Virus record (IMG/VR): IMGVR_UViG_3300024353_000005
Coordinates: 17,675-81,674 of that record
Direction: 5' to 3' (one strand)
Origin: a virus
Length of the DNA: 64,000 bases
A program made the position numbers and the translations under genes. Positions 29,114 through 41,983 of the stretch are shown here, one piece after another. Numbering within the stretch: position 1 is the first letter of the stretch; the number at the start of each line of letters is the position of its first letter. The notes under the pieces are model-generated. The model was not told the DNA's origin and searched no databases. It worked only from the letters and a program-made list of their open reading frames with translations.

Positions 29114-32100
29114 TTTTTCTCTCTCAAATAAACCATTCGTCTTACACATCCCGCAGGAATTAGTATAGGCTCATCTTCAGGATGACCATTTATTCTCTTC
29201 AGAACAACTTTCTCTTTATCCTTATGCCATAAATAACCAACGATTTTTATTTCAGGCAATACTAAATCTTCTATTTTCCATACTCCTTTACCATAAGAAA
29301 TCATATCTACGAGGGTAATCTCTACTCGCTTGTATTCTCTTTTCCTTTTACCCATCTTTATTCTCCTTTATATTTCCATAATTTTGATAATCAGCCAACA
29401 AATTAAAAGAATTAATAATACTGCTAATAACAGCATCTCATTTCCCCTTCTTTCGATACTCATTAAATAATCTATTTCTTTCCAGCGGACAATCCTTACA
29501 ACTCTTTCTCTTACAAATCCAACAAAGAGGCTCTGTGTTCTTTAAGATATAATCAACATTTTCCTCTAAATGTTTAATTGCCATTGCTTTTTGTAAAAAT
29601 ACTCTTGGATTAATTTTCATTTATGTCCCTTTTTTATACTAAAAATCTTCTTACAACTCATACAAAGACTTACTCGTTGTTCCTGACTATTTGAAAATTT
29701 AATGACTACCTTCTGTGTATTCTCACTTTTACAATATGGACAACAATTATTTTTCATTATATCTCCTTTATCTATCTGGTTTATATTCCTCTTTTTCCCG
29801 ATAAATTAAGTAAGAAACTAGAAACAAGAAAACGATTAATCCTATTCCTATCTTAAGTAAAAACATTTTATAGTCCCCCTTGCTATTTTATATTAAAGAT
29901 GAAAGAAGACAAGATAAAATCTCTGTTAAGATATAGCCAATCCGTAAAATCAACAAGCCAAAAACTATTGCAAGACTAACAACTGCTACAGTAAATATGT
30001 TTTTATAAGTCATTTTATCCTCCTTATTTATAGTTCTACTATTTTGTAATCTTGGGCACAATTCACTCTCGCCCATTGTTCGGCACTATGCCCACTTCCA
30101 AAAAAGATAACATCCCCCTCTTCATTTCTATCTATACTACAATTGTCATAAGTATCTTTAACATACTCGATTACGATGTACATTATTTTATTCTCCTATT
30201 AAAATTCTTTTTTTACTCCGAGATACTTTGCTATCTTCTCTGCAATTTCTGCTTTCTTCTTAAGGTCAGTCAAATCAATATGAAAATAGTTAGCATACTC
30301 TCTTAATTGTTTTGTGGTTAATTCACATCTTAGCATTTGCCAATCGGTTTTTCTCATTCCTTTATGCCTCCATTCCAATATGTTTACAACAAGTTTTACA
30401 CATTAAAACTACTGCTTCTTCATTATTTTTTTCCAGAACCAAATTAGCTTTTTCATATTTTATCATTAAATCTATTCCGATATCTTTAATAGTAAAAGCA
30501 AAGGGTGATTGTTCATTGCCACAAGTCTTACAATTAGGATATAATACATTTTCATCTCTACTATATACTTTTGTGCCTAAGATTAATTTACTCATTTTTT
30601 CTTTCCCTTTATTATCTCTACTAATTTAGAACATTCATCCAATATTTGACTTTCGTTTACTTATCCTAGCCCTTCTAAATACAAAGTCTGTATTAACATA
30701 ATAATAATCATAATATAAATCTGAAGATATAACTAAATTATTATGTCTTCCCTTATCTTTTCCAAGAACTTCTAATAATTTTTGGGTTTCTTCAGGAGAT
30801 AACCAATCTACCAATGTAAAAGCCTTATCATTCATAGTCCACTTAGCATCCATTATCTTTCTCCAACTTTTGTTAATCTCTATTTTTCTTTACTCCCTTT
30901 AATTGCTTTCGACCCGCCATTGATTTAACCTATATCAGGCTGTCCCGTTCTTTCGGTAGCCTACCACTTTTAATCTATATGGTTTCTTGACAGGCAAACA
31001 AGACAGCCTATTTTATTCCTTTTCAATATCTAATTCTAATAGTATATCATCTAAAATATCCGAAGCGGAAGGCAACTGTATTTCCTCATTTTCAACATAG
31101 ATGCCGCTTAAATATTTGTCAATGAGTTTTTCTACTGTTGCATAATCCTGTCTATCAATTTTAATTTTAGGCATTACCTTCCTCCTTTGGTTCTATTGGA
31201 GAATTACTACTCCCTCCCTGTGATTGACTATAACAATATATTGTTTGTTTTAATTTATTTGCTATTGGTTGAGCTAATTTTTCGCCCCTGTCAAATTCTC
31301 CAATCGTTGGTTTTTCATCTTGATATAATACTTCTATTATTTTGTCAACCCAACCCTGTCTTGTTCTATAAGTTTTTCTTCCCTTGCCTACCACCACAAA
31401 AGTTAAATGCTTATCTCTTAAATCAACTCCTGTATTACTATATAAATCATCAGAATTAGTGTGCCAGGGTGCTTTTAATTCTTCTATTGTTCCATCTTCC
31501 AAAGTAAAAGATAGTGTTCTTCCACCAAAACCATCGGAATTTTTGCCACCAGATACATAGATATTATCAGCAGGATTATCCTGAATAGCGTATAACCAAA
31601 TTCTGCCTGACTTTCCAATTACCTTTTTGTATCGTCTTTCCTCTGCTTCAGAATGACCGCATAGCATCGGTTGTCTATCAATTATATAATCCATTTTTCC
31701 ATCTCCCTTATTCTTGAAAATCAACTTTAGTCCCATTCTCATAATAAGCCTCGTCTGGATGATTTTGGCAGTATCCAAACTCTATCCCAAAGTCATTGTA
31801 AGCCCAGAAAGACTTGAGGCACTTCGGGCACCTGCCCCTTGATACCCAGAATTTTGTCCCTAAGTGTTTAATCAAAGCATAACAAATATCTAAAAACCAA
31901 ATTATTACAAATATAATATATATTAACAAAAATTTATTCATTTTTATTCTCCTAATCCTCATCGTAAATAAATCCGCACTCGCTACAAACAACCTCATAA
32001 CTGCCCCTACTGCTTCGCATAACTATATCCCCACCGCAGACTATACAAGGTCTTTTCCTGTTGGTATATTCCAGCCTTTCTTCAGAAGATAAATTTCTAA

Positions 32101-32520
32101 ATCTCGCCTCACCATCCAAAAACTGTAACCCTCTGAGGGCATTTTTTATGTTGGCAAGCTCAGTTTCTAAAGTCCGCAATTCTTGGTCTGTTAGGTAGTA
32201 ATACATTTTATTTCTCTTGCCCCTTTAACTTCTTACTAAAACATTCTTCCGAACAGATAGTATGACAACAGTTCTCTATAAACCATTTTTTGCGATAAGG
32301 ATTATCAAAATCTTCTTCTTTGCCACATATATCACAAATAATAATTCTTTTTATCCCCATTTTATTTCTCCCAATTTTCTCTCGGTCTCAATTCCTCGAC
32401 CTTATACTGCCTGCAAGCTGGGCAATAGCAGTCATCATTCAAATCGCATTCACAGTCGATACATCTGCCCGTCTTTATCATTTCCTCTGCTCTCTGTTCC
32501 TGATTTATAAAGTAAAGTAA
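29110..32520 (-). other. Cluster of small hypothetical early/middle genes (29110-29355, 29438-29620, 30362-30595, 30635-30853, 31167-31778, 31708-31998, 31952-32206 and others)
   Basis: Dense minus-strand ORFs with GGAG RBSs, several with zinc ribbons. Confidence 0.6.
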
Positions 32521-32539
32521 ATCGCCTAATTCTCCCATC

Positions 32540-32917
32540 TTACTCTCCTTTTAATAATTCTGGGCTTTCATATATGTTGCCTATAATCTCTATCATTTTA
32601 GTTTGTTTTAATATATTGCTATAACCGCTTTCCTCGAACTTCACAATAAAACTTCTATCTATTATTATATCTTTGCCCTCTTCTGTTTTGACTTTAGGAA
32701 CAAAAAGTCTAACTATATTTTTTTCATATATTTCTTTACCATTCTTATCCTTAAGGCCAGTATATTGTTGAATATCTATCGCTGTAATAAATCTTAATTC
32801 GCATTTAGTAAAAAATCTACTTAAAGTCAGGAACTTATCAGAATAGATAAATCTATTTGCTCTTTTATCCCAAGCCCTAAACTTTATCTCTCTCATCTCA
32901 ATACTCCTTCCCAGCAA
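32540..32917 (-). CDS. YopX family protein
   Basis: MREIKFRAWDK..QYTGLKDKNGKEIYE..IIGNIYE. Confidence 0.92.
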   Translation of the reverse strand: MLGRSIEMREIKFRAWDKRANRFIYSDKFLTLSRFFTKCELRFITAIDIQQYTGLKDKNGKEIYEKNIVRLFVPKVKTEEGKDIIIDRSFIVKFEESGYSNILKQTKMIEIIGNIYESPELLKGE

Positions 32918-33155
32918 CCTTAACTCGTTCTATGGTTTGCAAATTGACAGTTCGGAAAGCATTTTTATTCATATCAAAAACAGTAAGCAATCCCTTGAGA
33001 ATAGGATAGTATCTCATACCCTTACCAGTAACCCCTTTCTTCACTCCGAGCCGACAATTCATACTTCGCCGAGTCCCGTCCTTCTTGGTAAAGACGATGT
33101 TCATTATCCTGCCATTGGAGTCTTGGATTTTCTTCAGCATTTCGGATTGGGTCAT
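32898..33155 (-). CDS. SH3/WYL_2-like beta-barrel protein
   Basis: FTKKDGTRRSM..VFDMNKNAFRTVN. Confidence 0.75.
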   Translation of the reverse strand: MTQSEMLKKIQDSNGRIMNIVFTKKDGTRRSMNCRLGVKKGVTGKGMRYYPILKGLLTVFDMNKNAFRTVNLQTIERVKVAGKEY

Positions 33156-33354
33156 TTTAGTTTCCTTTCTTTAGCATACTTATCTATTTTTATATAACTT
33201 CCTTTTGCCACCATTCTTTTTGTATAACATTGAGGACATAATTTCATAGCCACTACTTCTGGAGTATATGCTTTTACTCTAAATTTCTTTTTACAATCTT
33301 GGCAAGTAAATATTTTATCTTTCATTTAAAATCTCCTTTCCAAGTCTCACTATA

Positions 33355-33383
33355 AGTATACCATATTTTAGGGTGTTTGTCAA
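33355..33383 (-). promoter_or_regulatory. Early sigma70 promoter
   Basis: TTGACA-17-TATACT with extended TG. Confidence 0.82.
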
Positions 33384-33838
33384 GTTTTATTTTTATATTC
33401 TTTTAGCAGAATGCTCGCTATTCTGGATGCGTTTCTTTCTAACTTCTGCCTAACATGGCTATTTATATCCACGACATTCGTTCTCCATTCCTCAAAATAT
33501 TTTCCAAACCATCTGGGGTATCTATATTTCTGCAAGTAATGAGCGGTTTCGTGTGCTACTATAAAATATAGTCTATCAAAAAACTTCATTGGTGGGACTG
33601 CTTCTGCGTATCTATTTATATCCTTAAATTCCTTTAAAAACTTTAATCCATACAATAAAAAATTTTCGTTTTGTTTATAAGTACAATTTGGATATAAAAA
33701 GTTAAATTCTATTTCAATAAGAGGCAGTTCAAGCCTCTTCATAATTTCCCAACTCCACTGCCTAATCACATTTTTTAATTGCTCATTCTCATCCATTTTA
33801 ACATCCTCGATTTTGGGGTTTACTTTTCTAAGTTGCAT
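33380..33838 (-). CDS. HExxH zincin-like metallopeptidase
   Basis: VAHETAHYLQ..LERNA. Confidence 0.65.
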   Translation of the reverse strand: MQLRKVNPKIEDVKMDENEQLKNVIRQWSWEIMKRLELPLIEIEFNFLYPNCTYKQNENFLLYGLKFLKEFKDINRYAEAVPPMKFFDRLYFIVAHETAHYLQKYRYPRWFGKYFEEWRTNVVDINSHVRQKLERNASRIASILLKEYKNKT

Positions 33839-34677
33839 TTCCCTACTTTTTCACTTTTCGCAATATCAGTTAAGCAACTCATTATTTTTGCTATCATAAC
33901 CTCGTTCGCATTAAGAAGTTATATCCATTTACTACACAATGTAGTATTACTATAAGATATAGATTTATTATAATCTGAAGCAAGTCTAGTTCTCAAAATC
34001 GCCAATTTTTCGCCTATATCCTCCTATCATAAAAAGAGTTATGCCAATCTTCAACAAAATATAGTAGAAATCGTACTATTGTTATATATTATATATGCTC
34101 TATATAGTAACTGATAATATAGGATCGGTTTAGGGATTTAGTTTATCATTTACTTGAAATTTCTTATATGCCTTTTCTGCCCGTTCAGCATAAGCAAACC
34201 AGTAATCCTTTTTCTTGGTATTGCCAGCTTTTTCAAACTGTTCGGCTTTCTTAAGTGCCTCGTTTACCAGAGTCATATTGTAAGACATTTTAGTTCTCCT
34301 TTTTTATATTTCTCATAAACGCAATTAAATCTACAATTCTTTTCTGTAGCTATTAAATTAGTCCATTGTCTCCATTTTTTAACAAATCTATATATTTTAC
34401 AATAGAAAAACCTAAGACTAAACCACCTAAAGGCTCTCCAATTAATAATGCGATTAATCCTATAACAGAGAAAACAGTAAACCCTACAGTATGAAATATT
34501 TTTTTTCGCAATGTAAGTTTAATCATTTTATTCTTCCTTTCAATTATATATACTCGTTATGATAACTTAATTCTCTAACACAATTTTCATAAGTTCCAGT
34601 ATAAACACAATGGCTAAAGATATAAGCTGAATAAGTCCCATCATTATTTTTAATAATTCTAACTGCTCGCACTTTAT

Positions 34678-35872
34678 TTACTCCTTATATTCTGCATTTG
34701 TAGATTTTCTTATAGTAACATTATTTACATTTAATTCTGCATCAATAGCTACTGCTAATCTTTCAGCGTATTTAAAAGCACATTCATATGGTTGTCCTAG
34801 TCCTAATTCTAATTTCATTGTTACAGTATAAATTTCTACAACTTCTAAGTCATATCCTCCAGCGTCTCCTAATTTCCATACATTAATTTTTAAACCATTA
34901 TACATTTTAGCCATTATTTTTTCTCTTTCTCTTTAGTTTCTTTTTCCGTCTTGTTCTTTTCTTAGGCTGTTTCTCAAAGTATTCCCTCTCCTTTTGTTTA
35001 TGTATCTCAAGCCACCTTAAGTATTTTTGAGCTTGGTTAAGAGCCTTCCTCTGCCTCTCATTCCCTCTTTCTTCAAACTGTCGGCTCAATTCTAAATCTT
35101 CGGCTATTACGAGCCAGAAAGTCAAATTTTTTGGCATCTTAGGCTTTTTCATTTTATCTCCTTTAAATATTTTTTAAGACATCTATTACAAGGAACATAT
35201 CCAAAATGCCTCATATAAAATCTATCTAAAGAAAACTTTTCTTTCCGAGTTTTCCACGAAAGTAAACCATTATACCTTTCCCAGACAAACTGTAAGACAC
35301 AACATAGAGGGTATCTATATCTAAACACTCCCCCCACAAAATCAGCTAATAAACCTTTGAAAGTTGTTTTTTTATAGCAACAAGCATAATCAATATCTTT
35401 CATTTTATTTACCCCATATAAAATACAATATTTTAAGCATTTTTTCCATCAATTTCGGCACAGTATTGTAAGTTTCCTTAATTATATCTTCTGTTCGTTC
35501 AAGTCCATTTTTCTTTATAGACTCCCTCACACAGTCATATATTCTAGCCCTGGCCAAAATTTTAATCGCTTCTTCTGGAGTATATCCCTCTTTATTTTTA
35601 TCAATAAAAGGATAATTCTCTCCCATCTCATCATATTGTCTATCGCTATCGAATATCATTTAATCCTCCTCTAATAGTTCTTCTACCTCACAAAAATTAT
35701 CTCCAAATTCTTCTTTGAGAAGTTTTACATCTTCTTCGTCATTCAAATCCATACCAGCACTTTGTAAAATATCTTCAGCAATAGTATCTTGCCCATACAT
35801 TAATACTGTTCTTACTGCTATAAGTATTCCTCTTGTTAAATACTCTTTTTGTATCTTTGTTAAATTACTCAT
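34678..35872 (-). other. Five small hypothetical early genes
   Basis: Contiguous ORFs 34678-34914, 34907-35152, 35149-35403, 35405-35659, 35660-35872. Confidence 0.6.
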
Positions 35873-36147
35873 TTTATTCTCCTTTTATAATTAGATTTTC
35901 TAACAATAATACTTGCTATCAAAAGAGGGATTAGCAAAACCAATAAAGTGCCGAGTAATATGTTTACAAATTCATTCATTTTATCCTCCTGTATATTTAT
36001 CCTTTATGCTTTGCTCGTCTCCGATACTTCTTGTTTCTATAGTTCTATTGCAAGTTTTACAAAGGCCAGCATAAACTCTTTTAGTTTCATCATATTGCAA
36101 TTCTATAATCTCTCTACATTTTGAGCATTTAAAGACTTTGTAGATAA

Positions 36148-36609
36148 TCATTTTAAATCCTTTCCCTCGATTTGGTATTGTAGTGCTTCTGCTATATGCT
36201 GGCCTTTGAGTTCTTTGGAGTCGTCTAATTCTGCGATAGTCTTTCCTACCCTAATAGTAGAAGATAACTCTTTACAATTAAGGTTAAGTTCTTTCATAGC
36301 AGTTTTCAAAAGTTCTTTTGCTTCCCCATCTATCTTTTCTTCAAAAGTGATATCTTCAAATCTAATATCTGGAGCTTTAACTGTAATATCTGTATAAGGT
36401 AAAGCCTTTTGATATTCTTCTATTTCTTTTAGTTCGCAAGAACATTCCCTATTTTTACTCAAATAATTTCCACAGGGGCAAGGTTTGAAGGCAGGAAGAG
36501 TAGCCCCCTCGTAAATTTCAGGATTGTTCGTAATAATTTTATAGGTGTGTTTACCTGCTTTTGCTACCTCAATAGCTCTTTCAACTAAAGGGCTAATTTT
36601 TACTTTCAT
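36148..36609 (-). CDS. Miniaturised ComM/YifB (Mg-chelatase-like) protein without ATPase motifs
   Basis: RAIEVAKAGKH, PCPCG..CSC, IRVGKTIAEL..HIAEALQY. Confidence 0.8.
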   Translation of the reverse strand: MKVKISPLVERAIEVAKAGKHTYKIITNNPEIYEGATLPAFKPCPCGNYLSKNRECSCELKEIEEYQKALPYTDITVKAPDIRFEDITFEEKIDGEAKELLKTAMKELNLNCKELSSTIRVGKTIAELDDSKELKGQHIAEALQYQIEGKDLK

Positions 36610-36937
36610 TTGATTTTCCTTTCTTTTAAAGTAAGTAGCGGTTTAACCCTATATCCACCGCAAAGGTTTCGGGAAGCAGGAGGCGACCTGCAATATCCTT
36701 ATTTTATCCTTCAAGTTTTCCAAGTATTAACAAACTTAATATGATTATTGATGTTGTCAAAACAATCCTTAATGTGCTTCTATATATTTTTATTCTCTTA
36801 TTATCTCTTTCATTTTTTCCTCCCATATATTCTATTATTTCAGCGGTCTTTCCAAATAAATCATACATAAAAGGATGATTTAACAATTTCATTTTACACC
36901 CCATTCTTAAAAAGTCAATAAGTATAATCCTATCTTA

Positions 36938-36966
36938 AGTATACCACATAAAATCCATTTTGTCAA
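36938..36966 (-). promoter_or_regulatory. Early sigma70 promoter (a second TTGACT-16-TAAAAT lies at 36891-36918)
   Basis: TTGACA-17-TATACT with extended TG. Confidence 0.82.
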
Positions 36967-38500
36967 GTGTCTATTTTAAAATTCTTTTTTAACCCTCAAG
37001 TATTTCAAGTTTAATTGTTAAGTAAAAAAGTCCCCATATTTCGCTTTTAAGCGATTATTTTATTTTGGCATAGCAAACCACTAAAAAAGTTAGTTCGTTA
37101 AAAATTCAAGGGCAAATCTGTCCAGAATAAGAAGACAAAGCAAGTATGGCAACCTTAACCCAGTCATTTCTTTTGGCTCTCTTGTAAGTTCTTTTTCAAG
37201 TAATGATTAGCAAATACTCTGGCTGTTTCATTTAACATCATAAAATTGTCAACCTTTTGCCAAAGTTCTAAAGTTTCCTTAATCAAGCCTACCGCATAAA
37301 AGTATTTAAAATCTCTGCAATCCTCATTTATAACTTCTGCTAATTCTCTGACTGTCATCATTTTATATCTCCACCTTTTGTTTTTATAGTTCTTCTTTAT
37401 ATAAACAATCAAAATTTTTACAATCATTAGCTTTCTTACATCTAGAACACTTTAATTGCCTTATTTGTTTTTCTTGTCTTTGTATTTGCTTTTTCAAACT
37501 TTCATTTTCTTCCTTATACATTTCAAAAATAGTCTTTGGCATTCTATATCACCACCCTTTTTATTCTGGTAAGTTCTTTATAAGCTCTGTCTTTTTAGGA
37601 TCATCCCTAAGTATAGCCAAAATAGTAATAATATCTCTTAAGTGTTGTCCTTCGTGTAAAGAGTAACCTAAGTCCTTTTGGCCTGTCAAGGCTTTTAATC
37701 TCGCCTCAAAGCCTTTTATTGCTCTGCTTCTTAACTGCTGATTAAGTGCCATTTTACTGCCTCCTTCTTTGTTTTTTATTTAGGCTCAAAATAATATGGA
37801 GTCCCACCTCTATAAGGATATATTGTAAATGTCCCATCTCCCCATACTCTTAAACAATGTTTACAACGATTGTCTTTCTTTACTTTTAAAACTAAATCGT
37901 CTATCCCCTTAAAAAACGGCTCTCTAATACATTTTAAGTAAAGAGACTTTTTAGTATCGGTTGTTATTTTCCAATCCCCTCCATCGTATTCTGTACCACC
38001 TCCAGAAACATATACACACTTCAAAAAATCGTTTTTCATTTTATCTTACCAGTTCCTTTACAGTTAGGGCATTTTTTAACTATATTTTTATTGCCTTTTA
38101 TTCCCAAAAATAAATATCCCCAACCTTTACAGCCTTTACAATATCCTTTAGGATAATTTTTATATTTAGCAATTAACTCTTTATCTGTTAGTCTTTCTGT
38201 TTTCATTTTTTAATCCTCCTCTATCTTATAAGTAAAAATAGTGTACATCTTTTGTAATATCATACAATATCAATAAGTTTTTATTCTGGCTATATTCTGC
38301 CCGCTTTATTTGTCGATGTAAAGGTATAACATCGGATATATTATAAAAGTCTTTCTTTGATACTCTGCTCGCATTTTCTACAGCTTGAGCCATTTCTGTA
38401 GCATCGTTAAAAATCTCTGTGTAATTTATACAATTACAGGTATATTGAGCTTTCATTGTAAAGTCTCCTCCAAAAAAGTTAAGTAAATCTAATCTCTATA

Positions 38501-38529
38501 AGTATACCATAAAAATCCCGAAAAGTCAA
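38501..38529 (-). promoter_or_regulatory. Early sigma70 promoter
   Basis: TTGACT-17-TATACT with extended TG. Confidence 0.8.
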
Positions 38530-40585
38530 GAGCAAATCTTAAAATAAGCAATCGAGCTACGAGAAGCCAAAGTTAGAAATAATCAAAAAAAGCCACTCAA
38601 ACAATCTAAACCAATCAAAAAAATTAACAAAGCCAACCTATGCCCCAAATTCCCATAAGTGCCAAACGAGCCTAAAGTATCCAAAACAAACTTTCCGCAA
38701 CCTTTAACAGTTAATAAAGTTAAGTAAGATACACAAGCCCAAAGTGTAGTAAGTGTATATAAGTGACAAGAGGGCCTGCCCAGCGACTCCACTCATACAC
38801 TATCATAAAGAGCCATCGTCGGAGAAAGTGCAATCCCACTTTTTTATTTTCTAGCTCATTATAAATTTAGTCTCCATATCCTACGCCCGAATTGTACCCA
38901 TCTCCAAAGCCATCGTCGTAAATTTTATTTAGTATATCCCGCTTTTCCTCATTAGTCTTGGCCTTGTTTATAGCCTTTAAGTATTTTGTAATGTATTTGT
39001 CCATCTTTTCTCACCTCCCCTAAGTTTAAATCCTCGTCGAGCAAATAAGTATTCTCCTTTTATCCTAAGTTAATCATCACAAGAATAAAGCAGATCAAAG
39101 CAAGTACAGCATACCCCAGCAATATAATTAGTAGTGGTCTCATTTTTTTATATCCCCAAAGTGTAACAGTTATTTTTAAGTGTTAAGATTATCTACGCCT
39201 TTTTTAAGTTTACTCTGCCGATCCATAAGTGTCAAATTCCCCAGTCTCAAGATATCTTTTAAGCTGGGCCTGCGTTTCCTTTTTCGTCTTGTATAGTGCT
39301 GATATAAGGTTAGGATACTTTCGCTTGTCCCAGTAAACAGCGAAGTTCCAGCCTTTTTTATCGCCCAGAGTTCCCCTGGCTACTTCTGTTTTGGTAATCA
39401 TTTTAACACCTCCTCAAAATTTTTTGTAAGTGTAAAGAGTATTTAAGTTCTTTTTGCTGGGATTATAAGTGAATATAAATTATTTCCTAAGTGTAGCTGA
39501 AAGTTATGCCAGCCTATTAAGCGATAATAAGCAAAGACTGTTTTATCTCGTCTATTGCTGTAATACCTTTTAGTAAGTTTAGGCCATCTCATTTTTAGTA
39601 CCTCCATCGAGTTTTATAAAGTGTAAAGTCTATTTAAGCGTTCCCAAGTTCTCTATCTAAGTTTTTAACAAGTTTTCCCTCGCCCTCGAATGTAAAGCCC
39701 AGGCGTGCATATTTTTTGCAAAAGGCTTTATCGCTTGCTCTTATAAAGTTCCTAAGCTGTTTTAGCAAGTCCGAATTGTCGAAGGGTAAGCCATACCAGC
39801 CATTTAAACCGCCATTGTGTAAGATCGTTTCTCCTTCTTCTGTAAGTATATCGGGGCAGTCTGAGTTTACCCATTCCGCAGAAGCTCTTTTTAAGGTTAT
39901 GGTATTTTTGCCTCGCCAGTCCTCAAAGTAGTATCTCATTATTTATCACCTCCTCGCCTTTAAAGTTTACCTCAATTTATAGAGTTACTATATTTTATAG
40001 CAAGTTTATCAAGTTAAGTTAAAAGTCCGCACTCTGTCAAGTTTTCGCCTTAGCAAGCCTCAATAAGTCCTCGTCTTTAACCCTCTGCACTTGCCCCGTC
40101 TTTTTGCAAGTGATAAGTGGCAAGCCATCCCTAAAGCCTGTCAAGGTCCAGTTTCGCTTGTTAAGTTTAAATTTTAGACCGATTTTTATAGTCATTTTTT
40201 AAGTCCTCAAGTTTACTTCCTATCTTTTAAAAGAGTCTTTACCGCCTCAAGTCTTTTGTTATCTTCTGGCGTGTTAAGTAGCTGTAATATAGAAAGTGCC
40301 TTCCTCATGTTTTTAAGTTCCCAAGTCGCTCGATCTCCGAGGATATTTTTTGCCTCTTGTAAAGTCATCTCAAGTCACCTCCTCAAGTTTTAAGCTCCTG
40401 GCAAGTCCTGCAAATTCCCTTCTCCGCCTCCTTGTCATCCAAAGCATAACCGCACTGCTTGCAAGTCCCGAAGCCCTTATAAACCCGAATCTTGCTCGCC
40501 AGCTTAGTCTTTCGCCCTGTAAGGTATATTCTGCCCTTCATTTTAGCGTCACCGCCTTTGTGATAGGTTATTTTAGCTAATTATA

Positions 40586-40912
40586 TCAATCTGTCTTTTC
40601 TTCTTCTTTGTCTTGCAAATACCTTGCTACCTCTTCAAGTGCGAACCAAGCTAGAGCATTTTTAAAGGTCTCATCATCAACAATACTATCTACACAACCA
40701 AAAGAAGATATAACCTCAGTGGGTCTCTGCCCTAATTGCTCTGATACTTCGTTTAGCTGCTCCCATATTTCTGGAGCATATTCATCGTAAAACTCGACAG
40801 TATCTTTGTAATAAGTAAATCCCGCATAGCCATCGTTTGCATTTCTAACACCAAGTAAATCCTCTTCTGTCATTCCAGAGTGATTTTTTACTGCTTTGAT
40901 AAGTTCTGTCAT
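40586..40912 (-). CDS. Acidic early protein (possible DNA mimic)
   Basis: D/E-rich; GFTYYKDTVEFYDEY..KNALAWFALEEVA. Confidence 0.55.
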   Translation of the reverse strand: MTELIKAVKNHSGMTEEDLLGVRNANDGYAGFTYYKDTVEFYDEYAPEIWEQLNEVSEQLGQRPTEVISSFGCVDSIVDDETFKNALAWFALEEVARYLQDKEEEKTD

Positions 40913-41983
40913 TTTAAAGCACCTCCTATCGCTTTTAGATTTTTAAAGTCCTTTAGTCCTTAACAATAACAAGCTCGCTTTTTATTTTAGCAAGTGCCAA
41001 GTTATCACTTTTGCAGTCTGGGCAAGTCAAAACCTTGTCAAGTGGGAGCATAAATAAATCGCCTCTTGTCCCTCCACTCTCCCAGTCGCAATCTTGACAA
41101 ACTATAAACTCGCCTTGTCTTTTCTTATAGTCTTTGTCTGCAATGTCTACTAAGTCCTTACGCCTTAACATTTTTAGCGCCTCCTTTATCATTTAATTTT
41201 GTTAAGCAATCTAATCTTTAATCGCTCCGCTATCGCATAAGATAAAATATGCCAGCCCCGTTCCCCGTCTATCTTTTCAAGTATGCGATATAAGCAAATG
41301 TAAAGTAAAATCATTTTAAATATCTCCTAGAGTAGCTTTTTTAGTAACCTATAGCCTATATTCCCATATTGCTTTTTAACAAAACTGTAAGTCGAGACTC
41401 CAGATGGGGTCTCTATTAGCTTATCGAATCTTACGGGGTCTATAGTCTTTGTCCCCAGCATCAGCCCGACTCGACAGACTGGGATATCAAAACCGAAGAT
41501 CTTTTTAAATAGTGGCCTGACCTTGTCAAAAAATATAGTCTGTCTTTGTCTTTTTAGACAGTTATTATATGCTTGAGTAATTTCCTTAGCAGTTTTTGTA
41601 CTCAAAAACTCTTGAGCCTCCTGGTATACTCCTTTGTATGTTCTAGCCGTTGCTCGGAATAGTGTTATATTTTCCAGTCCCTCAACATAGACTTTTTTAC
41701 TATTCGCAATATAGAATGTAATCCCAGCTTTTTTAAATTCTCTTTTCATTTTAAAAACCTCCTTTAGTATGTAACATGAGGATATATCTTCCTAAGCTGT
41801 AAGGTTACAATATAGAGTCGTCCCTCTTTTCTTATGGTATGCTTAAAATTTTTCTGCAATAATCTGGCCTGGTATCTATCCGAAGTAATAACGCAAGGGT
41901 ATCCCTGGCTGTAAGCACTAAAATATCTGGGCCTGACTGTCTTAGCATATTCTCTATTATAGTGTAACATTTTAAATCGCCTC

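Larger units (their letters stand above)
37164..41970 (-). other. Early host-takeover region of many small ORFs
   Basis: Short ORFs with strong GGAGG RBSs and spacers, downstream of consensus promoters. Confidence 0.65.
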
